A stretch of 64,000 nt of DNA, from NCBI GenBank assembly GCA_001029755.1, contig CP011214.1:711258-775257 (forward strand), given 5' to 3'. The stretch comes from Candidatus Woesebacteria bacterium GW2011_GWF1_31_35. Lineage in GTDB: Bacteria; Patescibacteriota; Microgenomatia; UBA8517. The position numbers and the translations under genes were made by a program. Shown piece after piece: positions 55,975-64,000 of the stretch. The notes beneath the pieces are model-generated. The model searched no databases, was not told where the DNA came from, and was given only the letters and a program-made list of their open reading frames with translations. How positions within the stretch are numbered: the stretch's first letter is position 1; each line of letters starts with the position of its first letter.

Positions 55975-56875
55975 AAATCTTGGCTATATCTGGCTTTGAT
56001 AAACCATAGAATAAAATTCTAATAAATGCCCCAAATTTTAGGGTAAAAGTTAATATTGGTAATTGCCAATTCGGCATATGTTTTTTGTAAAAAAGTTTTA
56101 AATTTTGCATTTCCATTGTCATTGCTTTTTCACTACCTGTCGTAATCATTCCATAGTGTAAAGTCTTCCATTTTGGTAGATACCAAACTTCCCAACCAAC
56201 CTTAACAAATCTATATGCAAGTTCTACTTCTTCAACATATAAAAAGAAATCTTCATCAAAAAATCCTGCCATATCCATTGCTTCTCTTCGCATAAAGAAA
56301 AATGCTCCTGTAACCCAATCTTGTTTATGAATCTTTTTAAAGTAATCTTCGTTTGTGTGAAAAAATGAGAATCCATGCATCGGGTGATATGGTTTAATTA
56401 TTTTATCTATATATGGAATATCATCCAAAAACGTCATCCAAGCAATAACTCTTGAAAGAGTTGGAAAATATCCACCTGAACCTTGATATGTTTTCTCATC
56501 AGGATTTACCAAAGCGCAAGAAGATAGACCTACTTTAGGATGCAAATCCATCCAAGCAATCATTTCTTTAAATATATTTTTGTTTAATATCTTAGTATCA
56601 TCGTTTAAAAGAAGAATGTATTTTCCCTTGGCAATTTTCATGCCCATATTATTGTTTTCACCAAAACCTCCATTTACTTCTCTTCTTATTATTTTTACCT
56701 CAGGAAATTTTACTTTTATTTGTTCTCCCACTTTATCTTGTGAAGCATTATCAACAATAATAATTTCGTTTTTAATTCCTTTTAAGGCTAAATATGCGGT
56801 TTTTAAACAATCAGTCAAATAATCAATCTTTGAAGATATTATTACAATAGATAACTGTATTTCATTTTTTGACAT
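55949..56875 (-). CDS. glycosyltransferase family 2
   Basis: LSIVIISSKIDYLTDCL is followed by VDNASQD and the DxD motif LLLNDDT. Confidence 0.8.
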   Translation of the reverse strand: MSKNEIQLSIVIISSKIDYLTDCLKTAYLALKGIKNEIIIVDNASQDKVGEQIKVKFPEVKIIRREVNGGFGENNNMGMKIAKGKYILLLNDDTKILNKNIFKEMIAWMDLHPKVGLSSCALVNPDEKTYQGSGGYFPTLSRVIAWMTFLDDIPYIDKIIKPYHPMHGFSFFHTNEDYFKKIHKQDWVTGAFFFMRREAMDMAGFFDEDFFLYVEEVELAYRFVKVGWEVWYLPKWKTLHYGMITTGSEKAMTMEMQNLKLFYKKHMPNWQLPILTFTLKFGAFIRILFYGLSKPDIAKIYAKILKNI

Positions 56876-57374
56876 AGCTGTATTCTCTCACTAAAACAAA
56901 TGTAGTCGCAAGAGTTAAACCTAATACTAAAAATCTAATCCAAATTGAACTTGGAACATACCTTATAATTATTTTTTGTCTCCAGTTTCTACCTTCAATA
57001 ATTATAGTATCTTTTTTAAGTTTTGGTTCAAAACCGTTAATATAAATTGATTCTCTCAAAGGATGGACAATTTCTTCTAAGAAGGTGCTCATTGTTTGAT
57101 CTCTTATAATAGTTTGTGATTCTTCAGGTGGGTAATTTAATCTTGGAGTATAAATATTAAAACCTTTATTGAATTCTTTTTTGTAATGATTAATAACTTC
57201 TTCTCTGGTCAAATTTGTAAAATAAGCTCGTCTTAATGAAGTTTCAGAATCGGCAGGTTCTTTTGATCGTAAAGAATCAGTAGGAGGCTCTGGAAATTCC
57301 GGGTTGGGTAAATTTACATAGACAAAAAGTAAAACACTAGAAATAAAAAATAAAATAACTAATAATTTCTTCAT
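56862..57374 (-). CDS. hypothetical bitopic membrane protein
   Basis: TM helices are present at both the N- and C-terminus and there is no motif. Confidence 0.3.
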   Translation of the reverse strand: MKKLLVILFFISSVLLFVYVNLPNPEFPEPPTDSLRSKEPADSETSLRRAYFTNLTREEVINHYKKEFNKGFNIYTPRLNYPPEESQTIIRDQTMSTFLEEIVHPLRESIYINGFEPKLKKDTIIIEGRNWRQKIIIRYVPSSIWIRFLVLGLTLATTFVLVREYSYVKK

Positions 57375-57977
57375 TTATTGGAATAATCTAGCACGACCAA
57401 GTTTATAATTTAAATCTTTAATTGGTCTTTCACCAATTAATTTTGCAGGAACTCCGCCTACAATTGTAAAATCCTCTACATCTTTAGTAACCACAGCTCC
57501 TCCTGCGATGACTGCCCCTTTACCAATCTTTACTCCAGGCATTATGGTTACTCTTGGACCTATGAATACATAGTCCCCAATTTCAACAGGAGCTAAGATA
57601 GCTGAAAAATCAACTTTTCCTAAATCATGTTCTGAATTATAAATCATTACAGAGGAAGCTATATCAACATGATTTCCTATTGTTAGTTTATCTCTACCAT
57701 CTAAAAATGCATGATCCCCAATAATTGTGTCTTCTCCTATTGTTATATTTTTAGGATCAAAGAAACTTGCCCACATATGAATAGTTGATCCTTTTCCTAT
57801 TTTTATTCCAAAAATTCTATATTTTAAATTTCTAACAGAATGAGAAGGGAAATGACCAATCCAGCGAAGCAACATAAGTGTGAAGTCTAACCAATAATTG
57901 CTAAGTCTATCTACTATTTTAAGTATAGCCTCATTAAATTTTAATTCTTTTCCGTTTTTATCTTTTAAAAATGTCAT
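57375..57977 (-). CDS. hexapeptide-repeat (left-handed beta-helix) acetyltransferase
   Basis: [22 protein letters not shown] and [49 protein letters not shown] are typical [LIV]-G-x4 hexapeptide repeats. Confidence 0.8.
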   Translation of the reverse strand: MTFLKDKNGKELKFNEAILKIVDRLSNYWLDFTLMLLRWIGHFPSHSVRNLKYRIFGIKIGKGSTIHMWASFFDPKNITIGEDTIIGDHAFLDGRDKLTIGNHVDIASSVMIYNSEHDLGKVDFSAILAPVEIGDYVFIGPRVTIMPGVKIGKGAVIAGGAVVTKDVEDFTIVGGVPAKLIGERPIKDLNYKLGRARLFQ

Positions 57978-57985
57978 ATTTAAAA

Positions 57986-59104
57986 TTATTTACTTTTTAA
58001 AATTATTTCTAATGTTTTCTTGCTACAGACTTCCCAGGAGAACTTTTTAGCCTGGGCAAGACCTTTTTCAACTAACTCATTATATTCTAATTCACTCATA
58101 TTTAATACTTTTTCAATACCTTCTCTAATACTTTTCACACTATCAGGATCAATTAATATGCCTGCTTCTCCTACAACTTCAGACAATGACCCTACATTAG
58201 AAGCAACAACTGGCACTCCTAAGGCCATGCTAGTGACAATATCTAATCCGAACCCTTCCCAAAAAGAAGGAAGAATAAAGACTTTAGCACCTTTAATAAG
58301 TGCTGGTTTGTCTTCTTCTGGAAAAAAATCAGTAAAAATAACTCTGTCTTCTAATTTTAATTTCTTAACTCTTTCAAAAATCTCTCCATACATCCAACCT
58401 TTCTTGCCAGCGATGACTAACTTGATATTTTTAGCAATTTCAGAAAAAGCATCTATCAATCCAATAATATTTTTTGATGGTTTAAGGGTTCCAAGATAAA
58501 GAATATAGTCATCAACTATGGAGTATCTATTTTTGATTCGTCGTACAAGGTCATCAGAAATTTCGATTTTAGATTTATCTCTCTCGTATCCTAATAGCGT
58601 AACTGTAGTTTTTTTTGATGCAAAAGGATAATGTCGTACAATATCCTTTTTAGTACTTTCTGATATAGTAAGTATCTGTTTGGAGACCAAAATACTAATA
58701 GCACTCCAGCACTTTAACTGCCAAAGTACCTTTTTTTCAAATTGTCCCGAAAACTTGAGGTAACCTAGATCCATTATTGAACATACGCGAGGAATTGTCA
58801 ATAATGGGGGTGTGTAATGACTTGGAGAGAATAAAACTTCAATTTTTTCAGGATTTCTAAAAAGGTAAGGGGTTAGTTTTGTAATTATCCAGAGTCCTCC
58901 TCCCGGAATTACCTTTATTTTAAAATTTTCTCTTTCTTTTGGAAGATCTTCTAAAGGTACATTTTTAAGATAAACTATGAGATTATGTTCATAAGGCTTA
59001 TTTTGAGTTAATTTGTATAATCCCCAAATCATTTCAAATGCATATTTATTAACCCCTACTCTATTTTTTACATTTGCTTCATTTCCATCAATTCCTATTA
59101 TCAT
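57986..59104 (-). CDS. glycosyltransferase family 4 (GT-B)
   Basis: [21 protein letters not shown] is followed by [42 protein letters not shown]. Confidence 0.8.
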   Translation of the reverse strand: MIIGIDGNEANVKNRVGVNKYAFEMIWGLYKLTQNKPYEHNLIVYLKNVPLEDLPKERENFKIKVIPGGGLWIITKLTPYLFRNPEKIEVLFSPSHYTPPLLTIPRVCSIMDLGYLKFSGQFEKKVLWQLKCWSAISILVSKQILTISESTKKDIVRHYPFASKKTTVTLLGYERDKSKIEISDDLVRRIKNRYSIVDDYILYLGTLKPSKNIIGLIDAFSEIAKNIKLVIAGKKGWMYGEIFERVKKLKLEDRVIFTDFFPEEDKPALIKGAKVFILPSFWEGFGLDIVTSMALGVPVVASNVGSLSEVVGEAGILIDPDSVKSIREGIEKVLNMSELEYNELVEKGLAQAKKFSWEVCSKKTLEIILKSK

Positions 59105-59113
59105 TATAATAAT

Positions 59114-59395
59114 TTAAACAAATTTTGCTCTATGCGACAAGATATTTCCAAGAGTCATAAGGCTTTCTGCATTATTTTTTAAATCTCTCTTCGCAACAAG
59201 GTAAGATCTTAAGAAAAAATCCCAGGTTTTTTGAAATCTAGAATTTACTCCTCCCACTTTACCTATATAACTATCAGTATTCTGTATAAAAATGTTAATT
59301 TTTCTATTATTCCTGTCAAAATCATCGGCAACCCAATTACCGATACGATTTAGGTTCATAGCTATATCCATTACTAGTTGTTTTTGTTCACTCAT
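59114..59395 (-). CDS. hypothetical protein (93 aa), second gene of a coupled pair
   Basis: ORF track entry with a 4-nt overlap to the upstream 110-aa ORF and no recognisable motif. Confidence 0.3.
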   Translation of the reverse strand: MSEQKQLVMDIAMNLNRIGNWVADDFDRNNRKINIFIQNTDSYIGKVGGVNSRFQKTWDFFLRSYLVAKRDLKNNAESLMTLGNILSHRAKFV

Positions 59396-59724
59396 TTTAA
59401 AATTTTATTAACAATCATATTAAATTTTCCTCTTATTTCTTTCAAAAGTATGTCACGGCTAGGATTTTCTTGATTTGGTCTTAAATTTATCATAGAATTA
59501 TAATCAATTTCACCTGTCTCTAAATCTAAACCACCTCCCCATAAATTAACTTGAATAGATCCATCTTTTAGAAGTTCTTGTTCCTCGTCTACATGTCTAT
59601 CCGCTCCAGCACATAAAATCTCTTTTTCTATATCAACTACCACTTTCACATATCCTTGAAAATGTTCTCTGATCTCCAAAAGTTCATCTTTAGTAGCTTT
59701 CGTAGTCAAAATCAGCACCTTCAT
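59392..59724 (-). CDS. hypothetical protein (110 aa), first gene of a coupled pair
   Basis: ORF track entry with no recognisable motif. Confidence 0.3.
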   Translation of the reverse strand: MKVLILTTKATKDELLEIREHFQGYVKVVVDIEKEILCAGADRHVDEEQELLKDGSIQVNLWGGGLDLETGEIDYNSMINLRPNQENPSRDILLKEIRGKFNMIVNKILK

Positions 59725-59774
59725 ATTTAGATTGTATCATTGACTAAAAATTAAGTCAGTAATAATATGAATTC

Positions 59775-60044
59775 ATGACAAAGAAAGATAAAAATGAAGT
59801 TGTTGAATTATTCAATCAAGGTATGTCTGAAATAATTCTACCTGTTCTAGATGAGATGAACAAAAAGATGGCCACAAAAGAAGATATTAAATCCATTAGA
59901 AGTGAGATGGCCACAAAAGAAGATATTAAGGATGTTGGAGCACAATTAGATTCAATTGAAAGAAAGGTTGAAGCACAACAACTTAGGTCAGATCGTCATG
60001 GAAAAGATATAGAAACCCTCAAAAAGGCCTGTGCATTTGCCTAA
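59775..60044 (+). CDS. hypothetical coiled-coil protein carrying an internal 13-aa duplication (MATKEDIK...)
   Basis: It is a plus-strand ORF inside the minus-strand GT block. The protein is heptad-rich and was produced by a 39-bp tandem duplication. Confidence 0.35.
   Translation: MTKKDKNEVVELFNQGMSEIILPVLDEMNKKMATKEDIKSIRSEMATKEDIKDVGAQLDSIERKVEAQQLRSDRHGKDIETLKKACAFA
59868..59945 (+). repeat. 39-bp tandem duplication (atggccacaaaagaagatattaa...) within the small coiled-coil ORF
   Basis: The first 23 nt of each unit are identical and the units diverge after that. Confidence 0.45.
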
Positions 60045-60046
60045 TT

Positions 60047-61147
60047 TTAAATAATTTCTTTATAAACTTTTAGTGTTTCTTCTGCTGTATGTTGCCAAGA
60101 GAAGTCTTTTATTCTTTTTAGACCTTTATCTATAAGTGTTTTAGGTTTTTCAAGACTTTCTGTAATTCCATCTGCAATTGAATTTACGTCATAAGGATCA
60201 ACCAATATTGCTGCTCCTCCTGAAACTTCAGGCATACTAGAAACATTTGAGGCAACAACAGGAACACAACAATTAAAAGCGTCAAGTATTGGTATGCCAA
60301 ATCCTTCGTAAATAGAGGCAAATACTAAAGCTTTAGAACCTGTTAAAAGAGCTTCTAGATCTGAATCGTCTACATGTCCTAAAAATCTTACCCCTCTTTC
60401 ATCCAATAACTTAGAACCTATCATCTCACCCACTACAATCAATTTTAAGTTCCTTCCAGCTTTAGAAAGGTGATATCCTTCAATAATTCTCTTTACATTC
60501 TTTCTAGAGTTAACTCCAATCGTAATAATATAGTTTTCATGAATATTATATTTCTTTTTCACTGCTTCTACTTCTTTTTCACTAGCCTTAAAAAGATTTG
60601 GAGCTTCTGGAATTACTCTTATCTTTTCTTCATCAAATCCTAAACTAATTAGATCACCTTTAGTACAAAGACTGGGAACAATAATTCTTTTTGATTCCTT
60701 AGCTACCCACTTTAATCTTTCTCTATGTGTTTCAACTATTACCCTTGGTGTTAGTTTTGGAAACTTAATTGGAATTAAATCATGAATTGTTGTTACTTTT
60801 GAAATTTTAGTTGGAGGCTCTGCCCAATCAGAAGTATGGATTAAGTCTACTTCCCCTATTAATTTTTCAATCGGTAAAATATGTAGTTTATTCCAAATCA
60901 AGTTAGCCAACGTTGGAGGAATTGGGAATACTTTAACATTTAAATTACTTCCTAATTTGTTAATCTTTTGTTCTAATTCTTTTTTCCTTCTTAATGATCC
61001 TCCATACAACAAATACTCATTTTCTTTACCAGCACCGCTGGCCAAGCTTTGCTTATTAATTTTTAATAAATTCCTAACCAGGTTTTCTCTATAATGAGAT
61101 ACACCAGTTCCATAAATAATTTGAGATAAATCAATTGCAATTTTCAT
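60047..61147 (-). CDS. glycosyltransferase family 4 (GT-B)
   Basis: MKIAIDLSQIIYGTGVSHY is followed by [42 protein letters not shown]. Confidence 0.8.
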   Translation of the reverse strand: MKIAIDLSQIIYGTGVSHYRENLVRNLLKINKQSLASGAGKENEYLLYGGSLRRKKELEQKINKLGSNLNVKVFPIPPTLANLIWNKLHILPIEKLIGEVDLIHTSDWAEPPTKISKVTTIHDLIPIKFPKLTPRVIVETHRERLKWVAKESKRIIVPSLCTKGDLISLGFDEEKIRVIPEAPNLFKASEKEVEAVKKKYNIHENYIITIGVNSRKNVKRIIEGYHLSKAGRNLKLIVVGEMIGSKLLDERGVRFLGHVDDSDLEALLTGSKALVFASIYEGFGIPILDAFNCCVPVVASNVSSMPEVSGGAAILVDPYDVNSIADGITESLEKPKTLIDKGLKRIKDFSWQHTAEETLKVYKEII

Positions 61148-61176
61148 AAATTATTATTTTTTTATTTAAAGTATTA

Positions 61177-62535
61177 CTACTCTTTAATAAGATATTCTAC
61201 TTCACCCACACTATTAAAGCTAAACGTTTTACTTTTTTTATATCCATAACCACTAAGCTCTTTTCTAACAATTTGGTTTGGATCAGTTAAATCTTCAAGA
61301 TAATTAAAATAATAAAGTCCTTTGTAATTTTGCAAGAGTTTTGAAACTTTAGTTTTTGTTAACTCAGAATTAACTGAAATTGAATCTGCGGCTGAAATAA
61401 CTTTATTTCCCTTAGTTGAATACCACTTATATGGTGCAAAAGGTTCAGGATAATTTAAAACTATTGCTTCATTTGTTTTTAAGTTTGATTCGACAAAATA
61501 AACCGCTTCTTTCCAGTTTTCCCTTTGTTGAGTTTTATCAGTTACATAAATCCCCCATCCTATTAAATTTACTAAAAGCATTAATGTAATTAATAATTTG
61601 CTTTTTGTTTTAGAAACTAAAATATAAAAAGCTGGTACAACAAATAAAAATCTAAAATAGATAAATGCAGGAAATACAAATGAGACTACAAAACCTATTG
61701 CGGGTGGAACTAGAAACCAAAGCCAATAGATTAAATTTTCTTTCTTAAAACTTTTCTTTAAAGAAAGAATAAATGGAATAGAAGAAAGCAAAATAAGTCC
61801 ATAATAAGTTTGTTTTGGATAAAAAGAAATTCTTCCCAAAATTAATTTATTCCAAAAAAGAATCAATTGTTTTAAAGTAGCTCCACCTGCAACATTTTGC
61901 CAAGCTGGTAGTGTTTGTAATAATCTACTTCCACTTTCTGATTGAAACATAAATACAGGTTCCCAAAAAAGCCCTAATAAAATTAGTGGAATATGAGAAA
62001 GTAAAAACATTTTCCACCAAGCTAAATTTTTTTTAGTTAAAATCGCATATATCCAAAAGACAGGAAGTATAAATACTGGTACATAATCTGTAAAAATTAA
62101 GGCACAAATTGTTAAAGAAAGTAGTAAAAATTTATTTTTAATAAAAAGATATACGGCAAGAATAGATAAAAATCCTGCCATTACATACATTCTTGCTTCC
62201 TGAGAATAATAAATATGAAGTGGAGCTGTTGCAATTAATAGTGTAGCCATTTTACTTTTGGTTAATTTATAAACTAAATAAATAGTTCCAAGACCAAAAA
62301 GAACTGATAAACTTCTTAAACCAATTTCAGAATACCCAAAATAGTTTGTCCAAAGTTTTAAAGTTAAATAATAAAGGGGTGGATGATTATCAGCTAAAGA
62401 AAACTTAGTAAAAATATCAAAATAACTCATATTCTTAACTACCAATGCCCCAATTGCTTCATCAAGCCAAAGAGATTGATTAATTGATACAAGTCTTAAA
62501 ACTGTACTTAAAATAAGTATTAAAAATATCGCCAT
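61177..62535 (-). CDS. GT-C fold membrane glycosyltransferase (GT39/ArnT/PMT_2-like)
   Basis: About 11 TM helices are present. Loop 1 carries SLWLDEAIGALV plus ADNHPPLYY, the DE/acidic motif and aromatic-Pro stretch typical of ArnT/PMT-type GT-C enzymes. A C-terminal soluble domain is present. Confidence 0.55.
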   Translation of the reverse strand: MAIFLILILSTVLRLVSINQSLWLDEAIGALVVKNMSYFDIFTKFSLADNHPPLYYLTLKLWTNYFGYSEIGLRSLSVLFGLGTIYLVYKLTKSKMATLLIATAPLHIYYSQEARMYVMAGFLSILAVYLFIKNKFLLLSLTICALIFTDYVPVFILPVFWIYAILTKKNLAWWKMFLLSHIPLILLGLFWEPVFMFQSESGSRLLQTLPAWQNVAGGATLKQLILFWNKLILGRISFYPKQTYYGLILLSSIPFILSLKKSFKKENLIYWLWFLVPPAIGFVVSFVFPAFIYFRFLFVVPAFYILVSKTKSKLLITLMLLVNLIGWGIYVTDKTQQRENWKEAVYFVESNLKTNEAIVLNYPEPFAPYKWYSTKGNKVISAADSISVNSELTKTKVSKLLQNYKGLYYFNYLEDLTDPNQIVRKELSGYGYKKSKTFSFNSVGEVEYLIKE

Positions 62536-62543
62536 ACCAACTT

Positions 62544-63944
62544 ATGATATCATCATTCTATATGAGATTCCTCACCGTAGGACTTTTTATAATTCTTCTT
62601 ATTTTTACAAGATTTTTTAACCTTGAAAAAACTGCTAGATTTATTTGGGACGAATCAAGCGATCTTGTGAATATCAGAAGAATTTATATCCAAAAAGACA
62701 TAACTTTAATAGGTCCAATTTCTGAAGATGGAAACAAAGTTTTTGGATCCTTAACATATTACATGTTAATTCCATTTGCAGTAATTGGAAACTTTGATCC
62801 GGCAAGTACAGCTTACGGTGCAGCCTTTTGGGGAGTTATCACGGGAATACTATTTTTGATAATTAGTTACAAACTAAATAAAAAATCTGAAGTTTTAACT
62901 TTACTTTTAATAATTTTTTGGTCAGCAATTCTAATTCCGTCTCGTTGGGCATGGAATCCTAACTTTATGCCTTTTTGGTCAGCTCTTTCAATTATTATGC
63001 TTCTTTCTAAAAATAAATTTAAATACATTCTATCAGGATTATTTTTAGGACTTACTATTCACCACCATTATCTTGGAGCATTTACTACCTTTGGACTTTG
63101 GTTAGTAATTTTAAAAGATTCTATAAGAAGTAAAAATTACAAAGACATAATAAATTTTTCATTTGGGTCATTTTTTGCAATTTCACCATTCATTCTTTTT
63201 GATCTAACTCATAAACCTGATTTATTTTTATCAAGAATTCTTTATTTTAATAATCTAGATAGTAATTTAGGAATTTTAGGTACCTTCTCAAAAATTGGAA
63301 ACTATGTGATTTCAAATAATTATTTAGTATTATTTTCAATTATTTTTATTGTTCCTTTAGTTTGGATAGATATTAAAAAAAGATCTTCCTCTTTAAATTA
63401 TTTATTTATTTTTATCTTTTCTGGTTTACTTTTAACTTTAACTAAAAATTATTACGATCATTACCTATTAGCTTCTCTACCATTTTTATTTACTTATTTA
63501 ATTTACAAACGAGAAGGAATAGGAAATCTAATTTCAAAAATACTTATATTTATAATCATTATTTCTTCTTTAATTAATTTTCCTAAAATAATAAATAATG
63601 TAACTTGGGAAACAAATATTCCTGCAATTAGAAATATTGCCCAAATTATGGGAGACGAGATAAAACTTAAGGACTTAAAAAATGTAAACACAGTAGTACT
63701 TCAAAGTCCTGATCCAAATACTTATGGCAGAAGATACAGAGATCTTTTATTAATTAAAGGGATTAATTTAAAAAATAAGAATGAATATGAAATTTCAGAT
63801 CACCTTTTTGTAATTACATACAAACCTTATGAGGAAATTTTAAAAGACAGCGCATATGAAATAAAGATATTTAAAAAAGGTAAACTAGAAAATTCTTGGG
63901 ATATACCAAATTCATCATGGAAAGTTTTTCTTTTGGGTAAATAA
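62544..63944 (+). CDS. GT-C-like polytopic membrane protein (possible third ArnT/PMT-like glycosyltransferase)
   Basis: It is divergent from 61177..62535. About 11 TM helices and an early-loop WDESSD acidic motif are present, along with a soluble C-terminal domain. Confidence 0.4.
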   Translation: MISSFYMRFLTVGLFIILLIFTRFFNLEKTARFIWDESSDLVNIRRIYIQKDITLIGPISEDGNKVFGSLTYYMLIPFAVIGNFDPASTAYGAAFWGVITGILFLIISYKLNKKSEVLTLLLIIFWSAILIPSRWAWNPNFMPFWSALSIIMLLSKNKFKYILSGLFLGLTIHHHYLGAFTTFGLWLVILKDSIRSKNYKDIINFSFGSFFAISPFILFDLTHKPDLFLSRILYFNNLDSNLGILGTFSKIGNYVISNNYLVLFSIIFIVPLVWIDIKKRSSSLNYLFIFIFSGLLLTLTKNYYDHYLLASLPFLFTYLIYKREGIGNLISKILIFIIIISSLINFPKIINNVTWETNIPAIRNIAQIMGDEIKLKDLKNVNTVVLQSPDPNTYGRRYRDLLLIKGINLKNKNEYEISDHLFVITYKPYEEILKDSAYEIKIFKKGKLENSWDIPNSSWKVFLLGK

Positions 63945-64000
63945 CTTTATTATTTGGATCCTTTTTTAAAAAAAAGATAGTTTAATATTCCTATAAAGAT

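Noticed and set aside
1-64000. Searched for CRISPR arrays, transposases, integrases, restriction-modification, Abi or other defence genes, and large direct or inverted repeats
   Set aside because: I saw no regularly spaced repeat-spacer array, no DDE/tyrosine-recombinase-like ORF, and no methyltransferase-endonuclease pair. The single SAM MTase (7171..7851) looks like a small-molecule or glycan methyltransferase within a GT locus. The only repeats found are the two short intragenic tandem duplications that are reported.

Overview
This is a low-GC (about 30%), tightly packed bacterial chromosomal window in which nearly every gene is on the minus strand and many adjacent genes overlap by 4 nt (ATGA). 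The compact genes and several fusions are consistent with a small-genome bacterium such as Patescibacteria/CPR, but that is inference only. The ORF-track coordinates are used throughout. Where I derived positions by hand they could be off by 1-2 nt, because my manual counting disagreed with the track by one base in two places.

The window has three parts:
- **Envelope-glycan locus 1 (about 1.3-7.9 kb):** O-antigen ligase-like protein, a truncated GT2-like protein, a Wzx flippase, a GT2, a polytopic membrane protein, a short GT4 and a SAM-dependent methyltransferase. A secreted Ig-like protein precedes it and a Kelch-repeat/C39-like peptidase protein follows.
- **Housekeeping core (about 10-45 kb):** glpX, a phosphoribosyltransferase, tRNA-Val(CAC), a CBS-less IMPDH, lepB, parB, rplU/rpmA, an ileS-rodA-like pair, glyQS, a PIG-L deacetylase, recO, and a complete but rearranged dcw cluster. 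The dcw cluster reads mraZ-rsmH-ftsL-ftsI-murA-[murE::glmU-N fusion]-yvcK-[murC::murB fusion]-dinD-like-murD-murI-murF-mraY-ftsW-murG-(nudix, opposite strand)-ftsQ-ftsA-ftsZ. No ddl is present in the window.
- **Glycosylation island (about 45-64 kb):** a polyprenyl-phosphate sugar phosphotransferase, manC, five GT4 and two GT2 glycosyltransferases, an LbH acetyltransferase, three GT-C (ArnT/PMT-like) membrane proteins, a Wzy-like polymerase and a DUF4012-like protein.

The most unusual items are:
- the MurE-GlmU(uridyltransferase) fusion, sitting next to a MurA that has Asp in place of the active-site Cys;
- the MurC-MurB fusion;
- a Bro-N/DinD-like gene translationally embedded in the dcw operon;
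- yvcK inside the dcw cluster;
- a Kelch propeller fused to a C39-like peptidase;
- a di-heme ferric-reductase-like membrane protein;
- several uncharacterised small-gene pairs.

I found no CRISPR array, transposase, integrase or recognisable defence system.
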